Part shown: piece by piece, positions 55,818 through 64,000 of the stretch
How positions within the stretch are numbered: the stretch's first letter is position 1
How the letters are laid out: each line of letters starts with the position of its first letter
Assembly: GCA_964646575.1 (NCBI GenBank)
Contig: CAZYFT010000002.1
Location: forward strand, 4,459 to 68,458
Length of the DNA stretch: 64,000 nucleotides
Reading direction: 5' to 3'
Origin: an uncultured Candidatus Saccharibacteria bacterium
GTDB lineage: Bacteria; Patescibacteriota; Saccharimonadia; CAILAD01; GCA-016700035
Notes under the pieces: generated by a model
Told to the model about the DNA's origin: nothing
Database searches by the model: none
Seen by the model: the letters and a program-made list of their open reading frames with translations, nothing else
Program-made: the position numbers and the translations under genes

Positions 55818-56857
55818 CGCGCAACTTCGTTTTTTACTGCCTCCCACATTTCTGGGCGGCCCTGGGTTTCTTTCAGCCAGTACCACCACTCGGCACCCCA
55901 TAGATACATAGTTTTTATTTGGGTTTGGCGAGCGTAGGTGAGATTATCGCGTAGCTGCTCGGGATTCATTGAGCGCTGGGCTTCTTCCCATCTGAGCTCT
56001 TCGTTACCACGTGATCCCCAAGCCTCACCTTGTAACTCATGAATTGTGACTCTGGTGCCACGATACGTCTCGATAAGTGCGGCTTTCCAGAAATTATAGA
56101 TGCCGGTTTGAGGATAGACGTAATAGCCAAACACGTTGTTGTGCACCACGCGGTACATCGAGAAGCCAAATGTTTCGGTACTTGGACCGAGGAAAGGCAG
56201 GCCATTTTGGTTGGATTGAGTGAGCTCGATAGGTCGTGAGGGGTCGAGCGTGCGCACGGTTTCTATTTCTCGAACGAGCGCTTCGTTGGTAAGGTTTTGT
56301 TTTGGGCATTCGCCAAAGGTCTTTAAGAGAAATTCATTTTCCACCTGCCAAGACTCCACGGCCGAGCTGTTTTTATAGCGATTCACAGTTTCACGAATAA
56401 GTGAGTTGGTTTTTTCGGTAACCAACTCGGAGTTATTCTCGTCGAGCCACCCTGGATAAAAGCACTCTGGCCAACGAATAACCTTTTGACCAACAACTAT
56501 TTTAAGCTTAGCATTACGCTCTTCGGCTTCTTGCACCATAAAATCGAGTTCAGAAAAATCATATTTACCAGGAGATTTTTCTATGCGATCCCAATAGGTA
56601 GCGACCCGGATGTGCTTAAAATTGAGGTCATCAAGGGTAGCGATATACGCGTCTCGCCAATTTATGCCAAATCGATCTGCCTGTACTTGCGAAAAGCTTA
56701 CACCGATCACTTCAGCGTTATCTTTGTGACGTAAGTAGAAAATGGACATCATGAGTAGACTTAATACAAATAGGAGTCCTATAATCGAGGCAACGAAAGG
56801 CAGAGCTCCGGCCAGCCATGTAAGTTTTTTGGGTTGCTTTTTCATTACTTGTAGCAT
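55814..56857 (-). CDS. membrane-anchored glycoside hydrolase family 5-like enzyme
   Basis: N-terminal TM; WQVENEF (acid/base NEP-like motif) and IHELQGEAWG (nucleophile Glu context) in a TIM-barrel-length domain. Confidence 0.65.
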   Translation of the reverse strand: MLQVMKKQPKKLTWLAGALPFVASIIGLLFVLSLLMMSIFYLRHKDNAEVIGVSFSQVQADRFGINWRDAYIATLDDLNFKHIRVATYWDRIEKSPGKYDFSELDFMVQEAEERNAKLKIVVGQKVIRWPECFYPGWLDENNSELVTEKTNSLIRETVNRYKNSSAVESWQVENEFLLKTFGECPKQNLTNEALVREIETVRTLDPSRPIELTQSNQNGLPFLGPSTETFGFSMYRVVHNNVFGYYVYPQTGIYNFWKAALIETYRGTRVTIHELQGEAWGSRGNEELRWEEAQRSMNPEQLRDNLTYARQTQIKTMYLWGAEWWYWLKETQGRPEMWEAVKNEVAR

Positions 56858-56890
56858 AGCGTGAGAATAGCGCGTTGGCGAGCCACAGCA

Positions 56891-56919
56891 TTGACGTCAT
56901 ATCTGTTGCGTCGTATAAT
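56891..56919 (+). promoter_or_regulatory. consensus-like promoter TTGACG-17-TATAAT for tRNA-Asn
   Basis: Hexamers and 17-nt spacer read directly. Confidence 0.7.
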
Positions 56920-56968
56920 TATGCGGTCGTCTAGCGCCGGTCACGTGCCGGTTGCTAGGCGGCAACCT

Positions 56969-57043
56969 TCCGGGGTAGCTCAGCGGTAGAGCAGTTGGCT
57001 GTTAACCAATTGGCCGCCGGTTCGAATCCGGCCCCCGGAGCCA
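56969..57043 (+). tRNA. tRNA-Asn (anticodon GTT)
   Basis: TCCGGGG/CCCCGGA acceptor, anticodon loop CTGTTAA, GGTTCGAATCC T-loop and encoded CCA. Confidence 0.9.
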
Positions 57044-57050
57044 TGAAAAA

Positions 57051-57078
57051 AGTCAGACTTTTTGGTCTGGCTTTTTTC
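57051..57078 (+). terminator. intrinsic terminator AGTCAGAC-TTTTTG-GTCTGGCT + T6
   Basis: 8-bp stem with one G-T pair, then a T-run, right after the tRNA. Confidence 0.7.
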
Positions 57079-57172
57079 ATGTTTTCTGTGGAGCGAAATC
57101 AAACTAATGTATGGTAAAAATACAGATATCCTTCAGGCTGCCGGAGTTACTATTTTATGAGAGAATACGTAC

Positions 57173-57601
57173 ATGAAAGAAATGCAGTTCAAGATTGAAA
57201 TTAATGCCCCAAAAGAAAAGGTTTGGCAAATTCTGTGGCAAGATGAATCCTTGCGTGACTGGTCTGGTATTGTTGATCCAGGTACATACATGGTGGGTGA
57301 ACTAAAAGAAGGTGCGACTGTGCAGTTTAATTCAGCAGAAGGATATGGCGTAACAAGCTTGGTAGCGGAATTAGTCCCTGATGAATTCATCCTATTCAAG
57401 CATCAGGCTGACACACAGGATAGCGGTAAGCATAATCGTGATGAGCAGTGGACGGGTGGCCAAGAGAGCTACAAACTTACCGAAAATCATGGGGTTACTG
57501 TTTTAGAAATGAGCCTTGATGTGCCGCCTGAGCTTGAAAAGATAATGAGTGCTAGCTACCCTAAGGCTTTGGGGCGAGTCAAAGAATTATCCGAAAGTTA
57601 A
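57173..57601 (+). CDS. SRPBCC-superfamily protein (AHSA1/activator-of-Hsp90-like)
   Basis: 142 aa. An N-terminal APKEKVWQILWQDESLRDW block is typical of the family. Confidence 0.65.
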   Translation: MKEMQFKIEINAPKEKVWQILWQDESLRDWSGIVDPGTYMVGELKEGATVQFNSAEGYGVTSLVAELVPDEFILFKHQADTQDSGKHNRDEQWTGGQESYKLTENHGVTVLEMSLDVPPELEKIMSASYPKALGRVKELSES

Positions 57602-57666
57602 TCCGTGGAAACCTTCGTTCTTTTGGAGTCTCACCTGGATTGTGATGGGGATTATATACTGAAAAT

Positions 57667-57954
57667 ATGAAAGATTTTCTCAAAAAATACAGAAGGTTAC
57701 TTGGGATAATTGGACTCTTTATTGCATTGTGTATCGCATCAATCTACTTAAAGGTTGTTCCAAGAGAAGCGATTGAAACTGAAGGAGTACAAAAGTTCAT
57801 CCTGATGTATAGCCACTCTTTAGGGTGGCTGCTGCTTGGTTTAGCTAGCATATTGTGGGCGCTGAATCGCACTATTATTTGGGCAAAATACCTATCCTAT
57901 AGCGCCTTGCTTGTGTATATAATTTTTGTTCTTACGTTAGTTTCCAGTAGTTAG
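57667..57954 (+). CDS. small membrane protein
   Basis: 95 aa with three hydrophobic helices. Confidence 0.4.
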   Translation: MKDFLKKYRRLLGIIGLFIALCIASIYLKVVPREAIETEGVQKFILMYSHSLGWLLLGLASILWALNRTIIWAKYLSYSALLVYIIFVLTLVSSS

Positions 57955-58211
57955 ATTCAATTTTTCAAGTTAACAGGGTGGTAGCAGCCTGAGGATTGCA
58001 CCTATCGGTTCTTCTTATCGGGGATTATTTGTTATTATGCATGCATGAATATAAGTCATTCACTCCCAGAAAAAATCGGTAAACCAGCCACGCGGGCGTT
58101 GCTTGGCGCCGGAATAACTACCTTGCAGCAAGTGGCAAATCTTTCTGATGAGGAGTTACTCAAGCTACACGGCGTTGGCCCGAAAGCGGTTAGAATTCTT
58201 CGAGAAAATCA

Positions 58212-58745
58212 GTGAAATATATAGCTCTTCTTCGTGGAATAAATGTGGGTGGTAATAACCGTGTGCCGATGGCGGAGCTAAAGACCTGTTTTGAAAAAGC
58301 TGGTTTTGAAAATGTTGTCACGTATATCAATTCCGGCAATGTGATATTTGAATCGGACGAATCTAGTCTGACAAAACTTGTAGAAATTTGTGAGACTGCA
58401 ATCGAGAAGCAGTTTGGTTTTCGAGTGGTGTGCTCGGTAATATCGGCGAGTGATTTACGCGATGCGGTTAGCCATGCACCAAAGTGGTGGAATGTGGGTG
58501 ATGCAAAACATAATGCTATTTTTGTAATTGCTCCCAAGACGGCTCAGGAAATTATGCAAGAAGTCGGTGAGGCGAAACCTGAGTATGAAAAAGTTGCTGC
58601 CTACGGGCAGGTTATTTTTTGGTCAGCGCCACTTAAGACGTTTGGTCGCACGCGCTACAATAAGATTGTAGGCACTCGAGCATATCAGTTCATTACAATT
58701 CGTAATGCCAACACAACACTTAAACTAGCAGAATTAAGTTTCTAA
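58212..58745 (+). CDS. DUF1697-family protein
   Basis: MKYIALLRGINVGGNNRVPMAELK is the hallmark N-terminus of DUF1697. Confidence 0.75.
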   Translation: MKYIALLRGINVGGNNRVPMAELKTCFEKAGFENVVTYINSGNVIFESDESSLTKLVEICETAIEKQFGFRVVCSVISASDLRDAVSHAPKWWNVGDAKHNAIFVIAPKTAQEIMQEVGEAKPEYEKVAAYGQVIFWSAPLKTFGRTRYNKIVGTRAYQFITIRNANTTLKLAELSF

Positions 58746-58791
58746 GCAATTATGTTGATTTGAATTTTTGGAGTAGAATGACAGCATAAAA

Positions 58792-59070
58792 GTGGAGGTG
58801 TGTATGGGAATTATCTTATGGCTAGTATTCGGTGCGGTTGCTGGATGGCTGGCGTCGCTTATTATGAAGACTGATGCCGAGCAGGGTGCAGTAGCAAATA
58901 TTATTGTAGGTATAATTGGGGCTATGATTGGTGGGTTTGTATTTAGCCTTTTTGGAGGCGCAGGAGTAACAGGCTTTAACTTGTACAGCCTATTGGTTGC
59001 TACGGTCGGTGCGGTAATTGCCCTGGCAATCTATAAAGCACTACGTGGCAAGAAAAATACCGAGGTTTAA
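58792..59070 (+). CDS. GlsB/YeaQ/YmgE-family stress-response membrane protein
   Basis: GIILWLVFGAVAGWLASLIM...GAMIGGFVFSLFG transglycosylase-associated-protein-like motifs. Confidence 0.75.
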   Translation: MEVCMGIILWLVFGAVAGWLASLIMKTDAEQGAVANIIVGIIGAMIGGFVFSLFGGAGVTGFNLYSLLVATVGAVIALAIYKALRGKKNTEV

Positions 59071-59091
59071 TCGTTTGCCTAAGCTCGAAAG

Positions 59092-59421
59092 CTAGCTTTT
59101 CGAACGTTTGGCGAGGATGCCTTTCACCGAGGGGCTAATCTCTTTATCGGTGCGGTGAATACAACCAATCCAACAGCAGGGCCGGCGTTTGCCTTCTTGA
59201 ATTTCAGTAATTGTGCGCTTGATGTGATTCTCTCGCGTTGCAGCTTGTTTTACAGAAATATTCCAACAGATAAATTCGTTGCGGGCGAGAGGTGTGAGGC
59301 TCTCCCACGCATCCACAGCTGCAGGAACAGCGAGTAGAGCCTTTTTTAGGTCGGCCGGCAACTCATGAACGGTGCCGCCAGAGATGGTTTTGGTAGTCAT
59401 GTGTTTATGGTACATCAGCAT
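59092..59421 (-). CDS. YdeI/OmpD-associated (YdhG-like) family protein
   Basis: 109 aa with a LPADLKKALLAVPAAVDAWESLTPLARNEFICWI-type block. Confidence 0.55.
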   Translation of the reverse strand: MLMYHKHMTTKTISGGTVHELPADLKKALLAVPAAVDAWESLTPLARNEFICWNISVKQAATRENHIKRTITEIQEGKRRPCCWIGCIHRTDKEISPSVKGILAKRSKS

Positions 59422-59522
59422 AGGCTAGGCCGCCAGTATCTCCACTCAACGCTTAAGCTTGCTGTTCTGTGAGATACAGTAAATAATTACGCACAAGTGT
59501 ACCTTGAGCGAACGGAAACGAC

Positions 59523-60068
59523 ATGCAAAAATATACCCCAGCTATGCAGGCCTCACTGACGGCTCCCCCTGTGGGAAATTTTGTTGAGGGGCCGACTGTG
59601 ACAATCATGGCGATGTATCGCCGCGGGCTGTGCTACGAGGTTGAGCGCATTGATGGCGGAAGACAGCGAGCAAAACTCACCTATAAGGGTCATGAGGCTC
59701 GGGTGGAAATTGCGCACACTAATGGTCTGGATCTGTTGAAAATACTCCGAGAAGCACGCACGAAGCGAATTGCTTCTAATGGCAGTCGCAGACTCCATCG
59801 AGCCCGCCATGGTGCGGAGATGGTTGCAATAAACCTGGTGGGTCGAGAACTTACCCCTGAAGAAAAACGATTGGTTTCTGAGGTGACCGAACGAGTTATC
59901 GATGTCTTTGAAGAGGGAACAACGAGAATTCTTATTTGTCCGCAATGCAATTTTGTTGTTGGTGGAGATGGGATTGAAACTACGCCCTGTCCGGAACATG
60001 GCTTGCGGCAGTCTTTCCCATTTGGCTTCGGTGTTACTGACCTAGCAGTCAGGTATTGCTCGCCGTGA
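59523..60068 (+). CDS. hypothetical protein with C-terminal CxxC...C zinc-ribbon-like motif
   Basis: 181 aa ORF with CPQCNFVVGG...TPCPEHG. No family recognised. Confidence 0.4.
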   Translation: MQKYTPAMQASLTAPPVGNFVEGPTVTIMAMYRRGLCYEVERIDGGRQRAKLTYKGHEARVEIAHTNGLDLLKILREARTKRIASNGSRRLHRARHGAEMVAINLVGRELTPEEKRLVSEVTERVIDVFEEGTTRILICPQCNFVVGGDGIETTPCPEHGLRQSFPFGFGVTDLAVRYCSP

Positions 60069-60228
60069 CCATCTTTAGCCCTAGGCAGTGCTTGGGGTTT
60101 TTCTTTTGACTGAAAATCTGTATAATTCCATGGAATGTATGAAATAGCGCCACCAAAAACTAGGCACTAGCCGCCCGTAAGGGCGGTTTTTTTATGCACT
60201 CACACCGAACCTTCCAAAAAGGAGATGT

Positions 60229-60609
60229 ATGATTCTGAATCGTGTAGAGATTAGCGTTGTTTTTGAGCAGCGCGAACAGCACTTTGCTCAATTGGTGCCT
60301 GGCCTGGAGGCGCATTTTGCCTTGCAATGCCTGATGTGTGGAAAGATTCATCAGCTTACCACCCCTATGGTGTACAAGCTGCGTGCCGATGAGGTACCGC
60401 ACAAGTATATCCATCAGATCAAGACGGTGATCATGCAGACGCGTAGTTGCGAAAATTGCGGTCTGCTTTCAACCTTGCCAAAAATTGATACAGATCGTCT
60501 GCTCAAAGCTTTGCAAAAGACAATCACGCCAGAATTTATTACGCTGCATAGCCATGATCAACCGCCATTTTTGGCTCAACGACTCTTTGAGCGTATGCAA
60601 CTTGTTTAA
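60229..60609 (+). CDS. hypothetical protein (Cys-pair motifs)
   Basis: 126 aa with CLMCGK...CENCG. Confidence 0.35.
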   Translation: MILNRVEISVVFEQREQHFAQLVPGLEAHFALQCLMCGKIHQLTTPMVYKLRADEVPHKYIHQIKTVIMQTRSCENCGLLSTLPKIDTDRLLKALQKTITPEFITLHSHDQPPFLAQRLFERMQLV

Positions 60610-60643
60610 GCTCCTAGGGGAGCGGAACTCCTCTGGGGGTTCC

Positions 60644-61198
60644 TTATTTACGCAGTTGAGATAGCGCGCTGCTCCAGGCAACTACTTCTTCGGCAACTTT
60701 TTTGAGCTGCTCAGTATGCTCTTCAGTTGGCTTAAACGTAGAATAGTTTTCGAAGTCGGTGCCAAGATAGAGCAAAACTTGATCACGTACGTCGGCCATA
60801 TGGAGTTCACCCGCCACTTGCCTCCACTGCTCAATAGCGCGTGAGCCACCGGCGGCACCATAGCCAATAAAGCCAATCGCTTTATCGTGCCACTCGTGGT
60901 TTAAAAAGTCGACAGCGTTTTTGAATGCACCCGGAACACTATGGTTATACTCTGCAGTAACAAAGATGTAACCGTCAGCTTCAGCGATCTTAGCCGACCA
61001 CTTTTTGGTGTGATCCTTGGTGTATTGCCCCATGAGTGGCGGCATAGGCTCGTCCAGCAGGGGCAAGTTGTAGTCGGCGATGTCGACGAGTTCAAACTCT
61101 GCGTCCTTAAAATCCTTAAGGGTATCTACTGTCCATTTGGCTACTTGTTCGCCAGCTCGACCAGGGCGAGTGCTACCTAAGATAATTTGAATTTTCAT
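60644..61198 (-). CDS. NAD(P)H-dependent FMN reductase family oxidoreductase
   Basis: MKIQIILGSTRPGRAGEQVAKW flavodoxin-like N-terminus. Divergent partner of an HxlR regulator. Confidence 0.8.
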   Translation of the reverse strand: MKIQIILGSTRPGRAGEQVAKWTVDTLKDFKDAEFELVDIADYNLPLLDEPMPPLMGQYTKDHTKKWSAKIAEADGYIFVTAEYNHSVPGAFKNAVDFLNHEWHDKAIGFIGYGAAGGSRAIEQWRQVAGELHMADVRDQVLLYLGTDFENYSTFKPTEEHTEQLKKVAEEVVAWSSALSQLRK

Positions 61199-61266
61199 AT
61201 TTGTGCCTCCATTGCTATAATATGTATAGTATTAACACTATCTATACTATATAAAGTAAAGTAACT

Positions 61267-61602
61267 ATGCAAGATAAAGTTATGAAGAATCCAAGAATTG
61301 AGAAAAAACCGGGTTGTGTCGCTGCTGCAGCGGCAATTATGGGTAATAAATGGACTGCGTTGATGATATTGGAGCTAGCTTCGGGAGAAAAACGTTTTTC
61401 TGAGATCCAAGCCCATTTGCCTGGCATGAGTCCTCGCACGTTGTCCCAGCGGCTCGATGAACTGGAGGCTACAAAAATTATTACCAAAAAAAGTTTTGCC
61501 GAAGTTCCGCCTCGCGTGGTGTATACACTCACACAAAAAGGGCAGGACTTAATTCCAATTCTAAAGAGCATGGCAGACTGGGGGACAAAGTATCACCAAT
61601 AG
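61267..61602 (+). CDS. HxlR-family winged-helix transcriptional regulator
   Basis: RFSEIQAHLPGMSPRTLSQRLDELE is the HxlR wHTH signature. Confidence 0.8.
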   Translation: MQDKVMKNPRIEKKPGCVAAAAAIMGNKWTALMILELASGEKRFSEIQAHLPGMSPRTLSQRLDELEATKIITKKSFAEVPPRVVYTLTQKGQDLIPILKSMADWGTKYHQ

Positions 61603-61659
61603 GAATTTTTCTACTAAAAATTATAGGGCAATGCTAGTCAAATCTGTAAAATAGAGTAC

Positions 61660-62774
61660 ATGCGCTTTTCTTCAAAAAAATCTCGACTCCTGCATCTCGA
61701 CTTTATGCGGGGGATTTTTTTGTGTGTGATAATTATTGATCACCTACAAAAGTTCCCGGGCTTTTTTGAGCTATTTACTGGCAGGGGAATTTTGTGGGCG
61801 TCCGCAGCCGAGGGCTTTTTCTTTTTATCGGGAATACTTTTGGGCTTGGTGCGTGGTCGGCGTGAAGTCACGCAGCCGATGGGCGTGGTGGCAAAAAAAC
61901 TCTGGGGAAGGGCTTTGCTACTCTATCTGTGGAACATTGCTCTCACGCTGTTTTATACATTGCTCGCCATGGCATTTTTCGATCAGGTTGGTATTAAACC
62001 TGGATTTGCGCTTCCTTCTTCTGTGGTAAATCTTGTCAGGGAGACACTGACGTTTAAGTACGTGTATGGTTGGGCTGATTTCTTGCAATATTATGCCGCT
62101 TTCTTGTTTGTGAGTCCTTTGGCGATATGGTTACTACGTAAGAAGTATTGGTGGCTCGTGCTTGCATTATCGCTAGCGGTTTGGCTAAAGAGTGGCCAAA
62201 ATTTCTATTTGAGTTGGCAGCTACTTTTCTTTAGTGGGGCCGTATTTGGGTATTATGTTGAAGATATACATACTTGGTACAAGAGTTTAAGGTCGGGTGT
62301 TCAGAGGCGGCTGCGCTATCTAGCAGTAGCTATTGCTGGAATAACGTTTGTCGTGAGTTATGTGTTTGTGATTGGTTCAAGCTTTTTAAAAAATCACCAG
62401 ATATTGGCCTTTTGAGCTTTGTTCCCACTAAGCAGTTAATTGAGCTAAACGAAAGATTAGCCCCTGGTTTTGACAAGACAAGTTTGGGGGTTGGACGAGT
62501 GATTATTTTTTATGTTTGGTTTTTTGCTCTGTATTTTATGGTGAAACGATTTGCTTGGATATATGAGAAGAACAGGATAGGTCGAGCCTTAACTATGCTC
62601 GGTCAAAACTCACTGTATGTATATATTGTGCATAGTCTTTTGGTGTTTAGTGTGAGCTTGGTTTGGCCCAAGAGTACCGGGTTGATCGGTAATATTTTGA
62701 TTGATGTTGCGGTGATTAGTACGATAGTGTTTTTGGTGCGCAAACGGGTATTTTTCGCCTATATTCCTCGGTAG
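61660..62774 (+). pseudogene. acyltransferase-3 (OpgC/OatA-like) membrane acyltransferase, apparently frameshifted into two ORFs (61660..62415 and 62274..62774)
   Basis: N-terminal LHLDFMRGIFLCVIIIDH motif. The family is normally ~350-400 aa, and here two overlapping ORFs in different frames sum to that length. Confidence 0.45.
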
Positions 62775-63107
62775 AGAAATAGGACCGCAAGAAGAAAGTT
62801 GTGCAGGCGGTGAGGCCTGCCTTTTTTCTTGCGGTCCTAGGTGTCGAGGATTTGTGTCGAACGCCTTCGACTGGCGCTAGGTGCTCCGGACTTATTGCCG
62901 CCATTTCTCGTTGGGGTTTGGGTTGGTTGACGTTTGGGGCGAGAAATTGTGAGTGGCAGCTTTTTACCGGTGGCTTTGGGTTCAGGCTCGGGTAGTAGCC
63001 ATCTCAACGTCAGTCCATCTTGTTACCCATAGTCAGGTAGTATAGGTTTCCTGGTTAAATATGTCAAAGATTTAGGGGTATACTGAAAAGTAATAAGAGG
63101 ATTTAGT

Positions 63108-63545
63108 ATGGCAAAAGTGAGTGTATATCTAAACTTTATGGGTAAAACCGAAGAAGCATTTAATTTTTATAAAGATGTGTTCGGTACCGACTTTATTGAA
63201 CCGATGCAGCGTATGGCAGATGTGCCACAAGATAATTCTCAACCACCTCTTCCTGAGAATGAAAAAAATATGATAATGCACGTGGAGCTTCCGATACTGG
63301 CTGGGATGAGTCTCATGGGTACAGACATGCTCAAATCTATGGGGCACAAGATTAAGTATGGAAATAATATGTCGATTAATTTGATGCCCAATACTGAAGA
63401 AGAGACACACCGTCTGTTTGATCGATTGTCGGAAGATGGTAGTGAAGTGATGCAGCTAGAAAAAATGTTCTGGGGCGATCTTTTTGGATCTTGCGTGGAT
63501 AAGTATGGAATCCGCTGGATGTTTGATTGCCCAGCGCAAAAATAA
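63108..63545 (+). CDS. VOC/glyoxalase-fold protein (PhnB-like)
   Basis: 145 aa with VSVYLNFMGKTEEAFNFYKDVFG and MFWGDLFGSCVDKYGIRWMF, typical PhnB-like blocks. Confidence 0.7.
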   Translation: MAKVSVYLNFMGKTEEAFNFYKDVFGTDFIEPMQRMADVPQDNSQPPLPENEKNMIMHVELPILAGMSLMGTDMLKSMGHKIKYGNNMSINLMPNTEEETHRLFDRLSEDGSEVMQLEKMFWGDLFGSCVDKYGIRWMFDCPAQK

Positions 63546-63555
63546 GGAGGAGCAT

Positions 63556-63819
63556 ATGGCAAAGAAAGAACCAAGAATAGAAATTAAGGCCGACATCACG
63601 GGGGCTGACGAGCTTAAAGAATGGTTTAAGCAGGAGTCTAAAAAGAATACGGCTGGACACAGTACAGGTGGGGCGCTGTATGGACTCGGCTTGATTGGCT
63701 CACTTGTATATTGGCTGCAAGCAGCTACAAGTTTTGGGGCGGTGATTACGGCAGTTCTTAAGTCGATCGTATGGCCAGCCTATGTCGTCTATAAGCTTCT
63801 CGAAAGTTTTTACGGATAG
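63556..63819 (+). CDS. small membrane protein
   Basis: Start at MAKKEPRIEIK with a GGAGG RBS. Hydrophobic C-terminal half. Confidence 0.4.
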   Translation: MAKKEPRIEIKADITGADELKEWFKQESKKNTAGHSTGGALYGLGLIGSLVYWLQAATSFGAVITAVLKSIVWPAYVVYKLLESFYG

Positions 63820-64000
63820 CTTATGGCGATTGCACCGGTTTGTGATTTGTGCCGTGAAGAACTGAAAGATTTTGGCGCATTATTGTTTAGTCCCCCTAAT
63901 ACGCAGTCGGAAGTAAAGAAATTTCACGTCTGTAAGCCTTGTTACAAAAAGCTGATCACAGAATATAAGCTGGAAGATATTCGTGACGAAAATTAATGTT

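Overview
The window is a 64-kb chromosomal segment of a small-genome bacterium, roughly 45-50% GC outside several high-GC islands. It spans the replication-origin neighbourhood: recF-dnaN-dnaA on the minus strand, DnaA-box clusters on both sides of dnaA, and rpmH-rnpA-yidD-yidC-jag on the plus strand. Housekeeping genes include groES-groEL with a perfect CIRCE operator, valS, tsaD, glmM-like, purN, ogt, mscL, hsp20, comFC, two FemAB paralogs, VanW, and nine tRNA or tRNA-like genes, three of them tRNA-Ser.

The most striking feature is a 15-kb Gram-positive-type type IV secretion (T4SS)-like locus at 29.6-45.1 kb. An array of four VirB2/TrbC-like pilin paralogs on the minus strand faces a plus-strand operon. 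That operon encodes a VirB6-like polytopic protein with a Pro-rich tail, a VirB3-like protein, an extra 306-aa ORF, a VirB4 ATPase, and two giant secreted multi-domain peptidoglycan hydrolases (an M15/VanY-type peptidase, and an SGNH + lysozyme-like + M23 protein). No VirD4 or relaxase lies in the window.

Superimposed on this are about ten high-GC genes (~58-62% GC), each with its own host-style promoter and intrinsic terminator. One is a CHAP amidase with actinobacterial-type LGFP repeats, which suggests repeated acquisition from a high-GC donor. Other notable features are several candidate structured RNAs, an aberrant tRNA array interleaved with scrambled 16S-like motifs, and an HNH endonuclease inserted beside a tRNA. 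The candidate RNAs are a ~600-nt minus-strand ncRNA with an RNase P RNA-like core and a P4 covariation, an unidentified ~400-nt RNA ending in a strong terminator, and an orphan sRNA-like element.

All calls rest on reading the sequence and on motif knowledge. No database searches were run.
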